Positions 50,419 through 63,049 of a stretch of DNA of 64,000 bases are shown here, piece after piece. The DNA comes from Octopus vulgaris (lineage: Eukaryota): positions 161,200,001-161,264,000 of the forward strand of contig OX597814.1 in assembly GCA_951406725.2 (NCBI GenBank), read 5' to 3'. Each line of letters begins with the position of its first letter. Position 1 is the stretch's first letter. The notes beneath the pieces were generated by a model. That model was not told the DNA's origin. It saw nothing but the letters and a program-made list of their open reading frames with translations, and ran no database searches. The position numbers and the translations under genes were made by a program.

Positions 50419-53400
50419 AATCCTTCTTCATAATAATCTGTGAATCTACAAGGCACTGGTCAATCTGAAGTATGTTAGAAGACATTTGCCTAAGCAATCA
50501 ATGCTGTGTGTTGGTTAATGTAGTATTTCTCTTCATATCTCTTACAATTAAAAACATCTAGTATTTTTTTCTAATGAAATAATATACTATTTAAGAGGGA
50601 TGATGAAACGACAAGCATGCTTTGTCTGTTTTAATAATTGCGGCTGAAATCTGTATTTGTTAGAGACGGCCTTGAGACTAGGTGGAGAATTTCTCTTAAT
50701 GCTCATACATAGTTTGTGAAAGGAAGAGTATCCAGTTATAAAAACCAAGCTGCAATCATATGAAGTGAAAGAGAACAAACATTACATTGGAAACGTTCCA
50801 TTCTTGCTTGTTTGGAAAAATATATGTAAAAGTTTTGTAGCTCAAATTAAACATTAACAAAAGGAAGAAACTTTACTGTTAGAAAATATAAAAAAATATG
50901 TTTCATCCCAGAATATTATAATGGATCTATTTCTCAGTTTTAATTTAGATATTTGCTCACATCCATTTTAGTTTAGTGTTATAAATTCATCTTGAGAAAT
51001 ATTTAGTTGTAGGTTCTAATATTTTAAAAACAAAATGTGGAATTCCCTTCAGATAGGGTGTGTTCCTTACATTGCTAACATAGTTATGTTTAACTTACTT
51101 CAAATCTTAAATTTCCAGAGTCTGTTTGCTTACAATCTTATAGTCAAACATACTATGAATACTTTATATATATCATCTCAATATTTTATAAAGTTTTATG
51201 CCAGTTAATGAACTAGGAAGGAGTTATGATTACATTTAATGACTTATTTTAATTTATGTCTGTGTGAAGAATATTTGTTCATAGCTCATTTTTATTCTGG
51301 TTTCTCAATTTTACATTTAATTAATGACTACTCAAGTGAATTTGCTTGCTATTTTTGTACTAGAAAGAGAATAAAGCTGCTGTGTCTATGTGTTTACACA
51401 CACACACACACAGAGTCATGGTTGTGTGGTTAAGAAATTCACTTTCCAACCACTTGGTTTTGTGTTCAGTCTCACTTCTTAGTACCTTGGGCTGTCTTCT
51501 TTAGCCTTGGGCCAACCAAGGTGTTGTAAGTAGATTTGGTTGACAGAAACAGAAACCCATTGTAAATGTGTGTGTGCGCGTGCGTGCGTACATGCGTTTG
51601 TGCCTCCTTGTCTTGATACTGTGAAGGTGTTGTTCCTTTCCAATCTTCTGTAAAACCACATTTGGCCTTGCTTCAAAACAGGTGAAAGTTGACAGCAGGA
51701 AGAGCAGCAAGCTGTAAAAAATCAGGTTTTTGTTGGTAATGCTGTTCTTTAAATTTATATAGTGCTATTTACATATTAAACGGATATAATATGATTGGAT
51801 ACTCAAGAATATTCTCATTCTTTATGCATTAATTTTTTTATTCAGTTCACAAAGAGTGACTACTACTAGTATTTGAACAATGGTATATTACTGGCACTTA
51901 TTTTATTGACTCTAGAAGTATGACAGCTGAATTTGATTTCAGTAAATTTTGACCATAGAAGAATGAAACAAAATACTTTCGAAGCATTTAGTCAGTAGTG
52001 TATTGTTTCTACTCCTTGGCTTGTAATAACACTTCTGGAAAACTCTGTAACTTTAATGTCACATTTAAATTTCTCAAATTCTATTCCAACCTCATTTAAT
52101 CATTATGTTTATACTTGTCAAGTCTTAACTGAATGTAAAAATTCTGTATCTCTAGATATGGAAGTTTGTTGTATGAACTTGTTATTAAAAATATGGCCCT
52201 ATTACACATAGAGTGTTATGTTCATTCTTATTGAGTGTTACATTTAGGGTAAAACTGTCAGTGAAATATTTAGTCACCTATATTATAATTCAATGAGTAG
52301 ATATTTCCATTGACTAACAGTTGGAATAGCATTGCTGAAATTGAGTTATGCAAACCTTTGTTTTGATTAATGCTTTTAACAATTTGAAAGTTAGCTTTCC
52401 TTTCGGAAACAATGATAAAGGTTAGTGATGCAGATAAAATGTTATGCAATATTATCAGATCTACACCAGTTTGAAAAATCAAGGGGAAAATGGTTGCTGA
52501 TGTTGATATATTATTTTTCTATATATGTAACAATTTTAGAAAATGCAATTAAAATTACAAAGAAAGCAAGCAAGAATATCATTCTCTGTTATATTCATTT
52601 GTATAAAAATTTATCCAGTTTACATACTTTAGTTAACAGACATAGTGGATTCCATATTAGTTGTAAAGATTTCAAAGAGTAAATGTTATGCTTTTACATT
52701 TTCTTTTACTTTGTTGAGAAATGTGCATTTCTAATTCAAACTGAACACTGGATAAAATTACTTGTTGAGTTTCTTTGCAGTTTCAGAAATACATGTTAGT
52801 AAATATTTAGTTGGTTTATCTTTGTCTTAGAATAGCATTTTTGGAATTATTGCCAACTTAGTTTGAGACTGGTGTCTGTTTGTAGAGAACTGAGTGAGGT
52901 ATTTTGAATATAAATTGTTAGTAAGAGGATAATCCAATCATTAGTTCATAAATACAATTGCACTTAATGAATTTAACTTAAAATAGATTAATTTAGATGT
53001 TATAGCCTTCACCTAATTATTGTGATAAATCCTTTCCAATGTATCTTTGTTTTACGAGTTTAGTAGTTATTTGCAATCTGATATGTGGCAAATTTAGCTT
53101 GATATTCTGTAACATTCTTTAGTGTTTATATTTCTTTGGGGAAAGTTTTTGTTGTTGTTTTGTGCTAGGTTACTGATTGCAGAAGTTTCTAATGTGAAAT
53201 ACGTTTTCCTTTCAAATTTTTGGCTCATCTTATGCTACACTTCTTGCTTGTTAAGCCTTAAATAACTACTGCAATATCTTCTTGAAATGTTTCCAATTTT
53301 TTCTCAGTTTACATGTGGAATAGCTCTCAAATTGTGAGTGCTTATCTTATCTAAGCTTTACGTAAGATATCAATCTTTTGGATTATCTAACTCTTATGCG

Positions 53401-55159
53401 TTATTTTACTTCAAAGAGTAAATTTGTGTTTTTACTTTTGGCTTTAATCTTAGAGATTATCTTCTGCAAATAATGTTTTTTTTTATTAAATTTATTTTTT
53501 AGTGCTATCCCACAACAAAATCATAAGTAAATCTGTGTCTATGTGTATGTAAAACAGTTGTTTAATTACTAATTTACATAAATTTCAATACAACTAATCA
53601 TTACCTTAACATTTATTATTATTACATAGGAAAGGTGATTTCTTAAATATAGTTTTACAACTATGAAATTAAGATGTTAGTATTTATGAACTTTTTAAGA
53701 GTATTTTTTTTTACTTAAAATTAGAGTTGAAGGAATGTAATGTAAATAGTTTTTTGTCTATTTATAAATGTTGAGCACTTTCCAAAGTGAAAAGCAGAGT
53801 TGAGATATCTTGATCTAACATAATACTTTAGAAACCAAAGTATGGCAATTTAAGAACTCTGCCATTTGACTTATTTCTGATATCTTTTCTTCAACATTAG
53901 TGCCTACCTATAAAATGAATTCAAATTTATCTTAGGTCTTATCACTCCATTAGTAGCATCCTTGTTTTTGTTGCTATGTAGCTGTTAGTCATCTCTGATT
54001 GAGCAGTTTTAGTCATCCAAATGACAAAACACAAACTACACATCCACCTTCCCAGTTATATTACATTTCTACATTGTTTGAGGACCATACTGCACATTCT
54101 AACATATAGTCCTGAATCATACAGAATGCAGTGACATAAAATCGCATGACATGTGATGAAAACTTTTATCAAAATATTTTCAAAGGGTTCAAATAATTTG
54201 ACCATTAGAAGTGAATGGGAGGGATATAAGAGGTGGTAATAATCATCTCAATCATCAGAGATTAAATGCAATTAAGAATGATATATACAAAATTTAAGTT
54301 TCCATGGAATAGGAATCTGAAATAGTTTTCACATTTTCATTTCCTCCTGGTATTATTTTATGATTCATACTGTATAACCTTGTCTTGCTTAATAGTCTCA
54401 AGGTTATGGTGATTTGTTGTTATACCTATCCCTTCTTGTAAAAAAAAAAATGAAATGTAGAATTCTAAATATTGGGTAACTTTGTTCACTTTAAATTAGT
54501 TAACTGTAACACCCCCTACACACACATACCCACCCACCATTACTATCAGTATTTCAATGTTTGTTTTATCATACTAGCACTGATGGATGGGTTTTATCCA
54601 ACACTATGTTGATAGTCATCACAGTTCTTTGTTATCACCTTCATGAAGTGTATCATCCTCAGGTCAGTTTTCACCACTTCATTCTTGGTCCTTCTCATAG
54701 ACCTTCCTCTTCCTCATGTTTCTTTCACCTTGACTACCCTGCATTATTTTATGCAGCTGTTATTTGCCATGTGCCCATACCAGTGCAGTCTTCTCACTTG
54801 CACTTTATATCACATACTTATATTCAGTTTTTGTTTCAGCTTACTTGTGCCCTTTCATTCAAACATATTAACTGTATTTATCTATCAGATTATGCTTGCT
54901 TCATTTCTTTCTAGTCTATGCAAATCCTCTGTATCTAAGGCCATGCCTCCTCATAACACAACATTGTTGTCCATACACCAGTATCATATATAATTTACTC
55001 TTCACTTATGAGGTAATAGCAAGAGTAATAGCTCATTGAACATTTTCCACCCTGTTCATACTCTCGCCATAACCTTTTTAATCAACTCAATCCCATTGCT
55101 TAATTATGTTATCTAAGTAACAGAAGCTATCACCTACGATTATATAAATTTCCATTCAA

Positions 55160-55365
55160 GTTGGTGAGCTGACAGAATTCTTACTGCACTGGAAAAATTG
55201 CTTAGTGGCATTTCTTCTAGCTTTGTGTTCTGAGTTAAAATTCTGCTGAGGTCTACTTTGCCTTATGGGATTCATAAAATAAGTACCAGTTAAGCACTGG
55301 GATTGATGTAATTGACTAGCACAACCTCCTCCAAAATTTCAGGCCTTGTGCTTATAGTAGAAAGG
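55160..55365 (+). mobile_element. Degenerate family A SINE
   Basis: ggtgagctgacagaa...aataagtaccagtt...ggccttgtgcttatagtagaaagg. Confidence 0.75.
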
Positions 55366-58067
55366 CTTATCATATTTTCATTTGGTTTTCAAGCAAATAT
55401 TTTTTATATGAAAAAAATGTTACAAACTTTTGTTAAACTAAGTACTGTAATTATGATACAAATCTATTTTAACATGTGTGGTGTCTTACAGAAATATTAT
55501 TATAGTATACATACCTGACCTAAGTAATGACGACTTGAAAACTGTTGCAGCATGTTGTTGTATCCACCATTTGTCAGTGATTCTCTACTCCTGGTGGATG
55601 ACACCTTTGTACTACTCGGCCTCAACCCTTCTACCCATAAGTCTCTTTAGGTAGTTGCTACTAGTGAGAGTTTTACAATGTCTGAGTTCAAATCCTAGCT
55701 CAACCTCTTTTAGTTGCCTTTTACAACATGCAGTGGAAATGATGGGTCTATTCTTTGGCATACCAATTGCCACATAGTATCATGACTATATATTTAACAG
55801 ATTTTCCTTTAGGTCATTATTTGTAATTATGTAAATTATATTGACCAAAAGTCTTTGTAACTGTTTTTTCTTGTTAAAATTTCTATTGACAGATCAAAGC
55901 AATTTTGAATTAGATTCTGAAGTTTTTAGTAAGATGAGGTGTAATAAAATTGAAACATGTCCGTAGCTGTTATCTTGATTCCTAACAAAGATCAGGTTAT
56001 TTCCTTCAGCATGAAGTTAATTTTTCTGGAAAAATGGTTTTTAATTTCTTGAAATGATCTCCTCTCTCTTTTCTTTAAGAGTGCCTAATAATTACTGTAA
56101 GGTTTTTTTGTTTTCTTTCTCCAACTAAAAGGAACATTGCAATTTATTAAGAATTTTTAGCATGTCATTTAGTGCAGCACTATCTACTTGACAGATAAGT
56201 TGGTTTCTTGTCATGAGTGTTATGCTGGTCCTTGAACTCCTTCAAACATGTTCCCGCTCCTGTTGTTGAAATAGAGTAACAAGGAAAAGTATGTTTTGGC
56301 TTTAATTCTTTGACTTGACTGTTTATTTGAACAGTTGTTATTTGGTGGATAATGAGTTCAAATCCTGTCAAAACCAATTTAGCCTTATCTGAAATCCTTT
56401 GTTGTTGTTTAGTCCTAGTTAAAAGTTTTAATTGCTGTGGCCTTTCCATCTAAATTTCAAGCTTTAAAGTGCATCTAGGAGCACATTATCCAATATTTCT
56501 TGTCTTTTTTTAATTAAGTGTGATTTGAAAGAAATTTAGTTCTTAGCTAGGATTCAATGAGGTTGGTTACTAGCTAATGAAATTTGCTGAAAATTTGATG
56601 ATTACTAAATTTATCTCAGTTCATATTCTTGAGATGTTTTTTTATAAGAAATATTGAAAAACACAGTTCACTACATGCACCCTCTTGATAAAATATATTT
56701 AATGTATTCTTTTCATGAAACAAAGAAAATGAACAAATTAAATCAGATACAGTTGGGACTTTTGGGACAGTGTTTTAGTGCCAGAGCCCAAAACCATTTT
56801 TGAAATGAAGTAATTAGGGATTATTGGTTTCTTGAGTGTCAGCTTATGTATAATGTTTGGAAATTTTCAACTGCTTAGGTTGTGATCCAAAAAAGTTTGA
56901 GTGGGGACAATGTTTGATGCTAGTTTGGTGGCAAGAATTGATGGAAGTAAGACATCATTTCACTGCCTAAGAGCTTCCATTCTAGATTTTCTGCTTACAT
57001 TTTGTTCCTTAGCTTATGCTTAGATGTATCTTATATATATGAAATCATCATCATCACCATAATGTCATGCAGCCATGCCTGTATCTATGTATATATATTT
57101 ATGGTTAAAAAGTGACTATACATATGTATGTGTGCATGTGTGTGTCAGCATAGCTGTGTGGTTAAGTTGCTGGACATGTGGTTCTAGGTCCCATCTGTGC
57201 CACCTTGCGATATTTCCTCATGACCAGACATGTTTTTGCAGAAGATGGGAAGTAAACATCAATTGTATGACAGTGACATTCATTAACAACTACTATACAA
57301 TATCAACACACACACACACACACACACTCACAGAGAGAGAGAGAGTATTCTTTCAATTTTTATCTACCAAACTCACAAACTCACTCACAAGGTTTTGGTT
57401 GACCCTAGACTGTAGTAGAAGAGTAGAAAATACTTGTCCAAGGTGCTGCTCATGGGACTTAGCCTGAAAGCATGTGGCTGGGTAGCAAACCTCCTAAGCA
57501 CATGATAAATGTATGTGTTTCATTTCCCATAGACCACATTACTTCAAAAGTAGCCCAGCATAATATTATTGACTCTTGGTTAGTCAAGATACCCTTGATC
57601 TTGTTTCAATTTGTTTTATGCTTTTGGTTAATTAGAATGCTGCTTTTTATCTATATCCAGAAAGGATCATATGGTTAAGGAAAAAATTTATATTAACCTA
57701 AATCTAGTTTTGTTTGAAATCTTTTAAATGGGAACTGACACTTCAATGATATAAAAGCAGAATTTGTATGAAAAAAATATATAATTTTAAAATTTTGATA
57801 TTCTTTTCCTCCAGAATTCTATTTTGATATGAAAGAAATATTAATTTTGGAATTGAGCTTTTACTCTTTTATCGAGGAATACTTTTTAATTTGTTTTTTT
57901 TTGCCTTTATAATATATTAAAAAAATTTTCATATATGATGCATTTTCAATTAAGCTCTGAAATGTTTTTGTTTGTTTTATATTTTAATATGAAATGATTT
58001 TGTTTGTTTTATTTTTTAATTACTTGTTGCTTACAACTAAATCCAAATAAATTGTTTGTGTTGACAG

Positions 58068-58152
58068 GAAGGAATTACAGTTACAGTGGATACTTAAATA
58101 CATACATTTTCCAAAGCAATTTATGGAGGAAATCAAGCTTAACTTTTTAAAA
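58068..58152 (+). other. Candidate 85-nt exon
   Basis: ttgtttgtgttgacag|gaagg...tttaaaa|gtgagt; one open frame KELQLQWILKYIHFPKQFMEEIKLNFLK (not recognised). Confidence 0.45.
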
Positions 58153-58585
58153 GTGAGTAAATAATCTTTTCAGTAAAAAGGTTTAATCGGAAAGTAGCTA
58201 ACCTTATTTATTCATTCATGTTCAATATGAAAAATTTAATATGGAACATCAAGATGAAAATTGTCGGGAAACATATTCTCATGTAAAGAAAAAAAAAAAA
58301 TTAAAAGTGGTTAAAATATGTTATTGATTTTCATACACTAAAAGGGCTCACATTATATTCAAGATTGCATTGTATTCAAGTAAAAACAGTATATCAGAAA
58401 TACTATCTATTAGGAGTCTACACATACATATAAATATATGTACATTTATATATCGTATGAAAATGTTATTATGGTTGCACATACATTATATATATATATA
58501 TATTATTATTATTATTATTAGACAAAAACAGATAACAAAGCCACGGCTGTGAGGAGTTTTCAGGATATTTATAAGGAAAGAAATA

Positions 58586-58633
58586 GTCTTACAGCTGTTT
58601 CTGGGATATTATGGATATCTTTTCATCAGAGAC
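58586..58633 (-). ncRNA. Minimal type I hammerhead ribozyme motif in probable Penelope-like terminal repeat
   Basis: Minus strand: gtct-CUGAUGA-aaa gatat ccata atatc cca-GAAA-cagctg-UA-agac. Stem I gtct/agac, palindromic stem III, GUA cleavage triplet. Confidence 0.8.
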
Positions 58634-59506
58634 GATGTGAGAAAAATAAATGGAAAAGGAGGAGATAGGGAAAATAGAGGGAAATAAGAGAATGGAAGTA
58701 GAAATAACATATAAAATATTGTAGTTGCAGTTCCATTATTGTCTAATATATATATGCAGGCCAATACAAGACCCACATTAAACTCCTAACTCGTATCACA
58801 ATCGAACCAAGAGTTTAGTTATGGTCTGTCCTTAGCAATTAGCATTATCTGCCACTCTTTGAGTCTTCTAGATACCAATACACACGTACATGCACACACG
58901 CATGCACACATAATGTCAATGGTATCACCATTAGTACCTTGCTGCTAACATTCCTCTGGCTTCCCCAACTTGTGCATCCTCTCTCTTCAACCTTTCTCTG
59001 TCTTTATAGATGTTGCCTACCTACCTCCCTCTCCTCCATACACTCTTGCACTCCCCTCCATACTATTCTTCTTACCTGAGGTGCCACCTGGATACCTCAT
59101 CACCAGTATCTATCTCTTTGGCAATACTACCAGTCCATTCTCTTTCACTCTCTCTCCTGAATGTGAGTAGCTGTGTAGCTCCTCTCATTGGCTACTTACA
59201 TGTGTGTGTGTGTGTGTGTGTGTGCAAATGTGAATGAATATTGACATTAAATAGCTTCACTTGTTACCACTTGAAATGGTGCTGTGATGTTTATATTCCT
59301 TGATAACATTATGACCAGTCAGTGTGTGCTTTTGAAGACCTGTGGAATAAAAATATCCCATACTTAAAAAGCAGCTAAGAGTTGGCAACCAGGAATAGTA
59401 TCTGGCTGTAAAATCCTGCTTCTATTAACTTTACGTCAACCCCATGGTTGAACAAAAGTTAATATGAAAAACATGGATGTTAAATGCATGAACATATATA
59501 TATATA

Positions 59507-60205
59507 CAAAAACAATTGCAGTGTGGGAGGTGTTTATAAACCATTTACAAAACACACAAAAACTGTTAGATTCACTTCAACATTTAAATTTAATTTGTCA
59601 AAATATTTTCGTCATTTTGAAACCACGACCTGTTCACTGACAAAATTCCATGCAGCATGGAATTTTGCCAGTGAACTGGTTACTGTTTCAAAACAATGAA
59701 AATATTTTAACAAATTAAATTTAAATGTTAGGAGTGGCTGTGTGATAAGTAGCTTGCTAACCAACCACATGGTTCCAGCTTCAGTCCCACTACGTGGCAT
59801 CTTGGGCAAGTGTCTTCTGCTATAGCCCCGGGCCGACCAATGCCTTGTGAGTGGATTTGTAGACGGAAACTGAAAGAAGCCTGTCGTATATATGTATATA
59901 TATATGTATGTGTGTGTGTGTGTTTGTGTGTCTGTGTTTGTCCCCCTAGCATTGCTTGACGACCGATGCTGGTGTGTTTATGTCCCCGTCACTTAGCGGT
60001 TCGGCAAAAGAGACCGATAGAATAAGTACTGGGCTTACAAAGAATAAGTCCCGGGGTTGATTTGCTCGACTAAAGGCGGTGCTCCAGCATGACCACAGTC
60101 AAATGGCTGAAACAAGTAAAAGAGAAAGAGAGAAAGTGAATCTAATGGTTTTTGTGTGTGTTTTAAAATGGCTTATAAACACCTCCCATGCTGCAATTGT
60201 TTTTG
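59507..60205. mobile_element. Fold-back palindromic MITE interrupted by a SINE
   Basis: TA|caaaaacaattgcag ... ctgcaattgtttttg termini; symmetry centre catgc-a-gcatg at 59654; right arm resumes at ~60133. Confidence 0.85.
59730..60132 (+). mobile_element. Young full-length family B SINE
   Basis: tRNA-like head, cttgggcaagtgtctt block, internal (TA)/(TG), tail aaacaagtaaaagagaaagag; CpGs retained. Confidence 0.9.
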
Positions 60206-60315
60206 TTTCAGCACACAATCTCAGATCAAGTCACTTGCTATGCAAGTACATCTCTGTAATATATATATATATATATATATATATTTAAAAAAGGAGATGT
60301 GGAACATGAGTTGTG

Positions 60316-60541
60316 ATATATAAAAAAAGGAAATGAAGAAAATGCTGACAAAATAATTTAAGTAAGGGAGAGTGTATTTAATTAGGTGAAAGTTCTTTTT
60401 ACCGGTTGCGCATTTGTTATGCTTAAAAAAATATCTTTTGATAAGCATAACAAATGCGCAACCGGTAAAAAGAACTTTCACCTAATTAAATACACTCTCC
60501 CTTACTTAAATTATTTTGTCAGCATTTTCTTCATTTCCTTT

Positions 60542-60551
<10 letters not shown>
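60316..60551. mobile_element. Near-perfect 110-bp-arm palindrome (fold-back MITE) in (TA)n
   Basis: 60316-60425 is the reverse complement of 60442-60551 with about one mismatch; 16-nt spacer. Confidence 0.92.
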
Positions 60552-60585
<34 letters not shown>

Positions 60586-60914
60586 CTACCCATGCATGTA
60601 TGGAAGATGGACGTTAAATGATGCCTGCTCATCTAGCCAGTGGGATGACGTCATTTAAAGACTAAGATGATGCAAAGTGCATTGTGACCAGCAATGTGTA
60701 ACAACGTCTGATAGTCTGGTTGGTCATGTGGTCACCTGATATGCACACATACACACATATCATTGTCATCAAGAAAAAAAATAGGTATATGTAAGTGTCA
60801 TTTTAACTGGATCACAAACTAAAATTTAAAATTTGTGAACATTTATTTATACTAGGCCTTTTTTCTACACAAGGTGTGAAATACCTTTCATAATCCATTG
60901 ATAACTATGGCCAG

Positions 60915-61100
60915 GTATTGCAATAACTTAGGATTCAAATTCCCACCACTTTTCAATATCCTATTGAAAGACTTAAGGGATCTACGTAATATGGATGTAG
61001 ATATCTTCAAAAGAACAACTGGAACTAGAATTACTGATGAGCCTATTTTGCAGCAAGAAACATTACTGAAGGCAACAACTTCAAGATCCTTCATTCTACA
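60915..61100 (+). pseudogene. C-terminal remnant of CR1/L2-group LINE ORF2
   Basis: RYCNNLGFKFPPLFNILLKDLRDLRNMDVDIFK...ITDEP resembles the LINE C-terminal P.LFN.LP..LR.....FK..LD...PDEP motif. Confidence 0.65.
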
Positions 61101-61147
61101 AATATATGTATGTGCGTGTGTGTGTGCATGCATGTGTGTTGTGTCAC

Positions 61148-61182
<35 letters not shown>

Positions 61183-62383
61183 GGGTGGTGGAAGAATAAT
61201 TCAATTTGATTTATTTATTTTGATCACAAAATTAGAGCAAATTACAATATATAAATGCACTGGAGTTATATTCTAAAGGTCATAGGTCTAAATTTTTCTT
61301 ATAGGAAATAAAATATTTTGAGTCATTAATAATTTTATCTGTAATTAAAATGAGTAATGCATAACCATCCCAGTTCATTCATAATCAGGAGAAAACATTT
61401 TGTTGAAACACCTATTTTAAGAACAAATACAAATGTCAAATATAATATTTTTAAGTTGTTGAATGTATATATACACATGTGTATGTGTGTTTGCTTACTC
61501 TCCTAGAAAGAACTAATGTATTCTTTTATTGGTTCCAATCAATGGATTGTGGCCATTGTGGGGTACTGCTTTTTAGAGATTTAGTTAATCATATTGGACC
61601 TGTTATTTATTTCAGTATTGTATTTTTCTATTGATCTCTGATTATTGAATGACTAAGTTACTTTTGACATAAAGGATCAAAACTCATTGTGCTGTTTTAC
61701 ATTGGTATGCACACACACACACACTGCACTCTGTCTCTGCCATATTTCATTCATAACGCATTGATCAACCCATTGCTGCATTCACAGACTCTTTCCCAAG
61801 GTGCCATATATAGGGATCAAAGCTTTTTTTTTATATTTAATCTTTTGTTAGCAATCAGTCCATCTCCATAAATTTCAATAGTTTTCATTCAGCTGAATGA
61901 AATGTCATAGTAACCTAGACGCCTTGTAGTAAATATTAGGGAAATGTTCCTGATACTTACAATTTTGTAGGCAATCTCTGTTACAATTTATTTCAAATTA
62001 AATCAGTTAGTGTCTTGACTTTAAAAGTAGTGAATATTAATAATAGTTACTGAATAAATTGCATAGTTATTATTAGTTGTATCTTTCTAATCATTTTACT
62101 TCTTCCAGTCTATTGGACTACAGCCATGCTGAGATAGTAATTTAGAGACCTTATAGTATTTTTTTTTGACATTCTTCATCAGAACTTTCCAAGCACATCA
62201 CTTAGGAAATTATCAGATTCATATATGCTGCTATTTTGATTGTACACTAGTTATAAATAATTGATAATACATAATTGTGTTTTATAAATTTTAATAAATT
62301 GAGCAAAATCAAAATATGCTTAACATTTTAATGAGATGCTTGTATGTAATTACCACAATTCCTGAATAATTGTTGGAATATTC

Positions 62384-62890
62384 ATCCGCTGGATGTGTAA
62401 TTTCAGTGTGCATACATGACAGAGCGTAAGTGCCCTGAGAGAAAAGTTAGACTTAAGAAGCGTCAGATGTGGTGTGCAAGAGAGACGACTGTGTTGGTAT
62501 GGTCATGTGTTGCGAATGGATGAAGATAGCTGTGTGAAAAAGTGTCACACCCTAGAAGTTGAGGGAACATGTGGAAGAGGTAGACTCAGGAAGACCTGGG
62601 ATGAGGTAGTGAAGAACAACCTTTGAACATTGGGCCTCGCCGAGGCAATGACAAGTGACTGAGACCTTTGGAGATATGCTTGAGAAGACCTGGCAAGCCA
62701 AGTGAGACTGTAACTGTGGCCTATGCCAGTGCAGCATAACCAGCCCATGTAAGAGTACCCTTCAATCATTGGGCAGTAAATTGCAAAGACCTGTTGAGGC
62801 AAGTGAAATTTTTGTCATGGCTGATGACAGTACTGCCTGATTGGCATCTGTGCCAGTGGCATATTAAGAGTGCCATTCAAGTGTGATCGC
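62384..62890 (+). pseudogene. RTE-clade LINE ORF C-terminus and start of 3' UTR
   Basis: Manual translation from 62384: IRWMCN...LREKLDLRSVRCGVQERRLCWYGHVLRMDEDSCVKKCHTLEVEGTCGRGRLRKTWDEVVK (RLRWYGHV.RM and GRPRKTW signatures), with stops. Confidence 0.9.
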
Positions 62891-63049
62891 TGAAATGTCA
62901 ATCCAGAAACTAGCTACTTCACTCACATATATATCAATTATATACACCAGTTATCTTTTATTTCAGTGTTTCTTCTTTCATTAGTATAAAGTTAGTTGTT
63001 GTTGATGGAATATCTAGATTTCTGATCTAATTGTATTCTTTCATTTTGG

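Noticed and set aside
50599-50650. C box ATGATGA followed by GACAAGCAT (partly complementary to the 18S 5' end, SNORD27-like)
   Set aside because: Only 9 nt of complementarity, no adjacent D/D' box, and the segment folds on itself.
61034-61065. CTGATGA...GAAAC hammerhead-like words
   Set aside because: No stems I/III or NUH at the right position; lies in LINE coding remnant.
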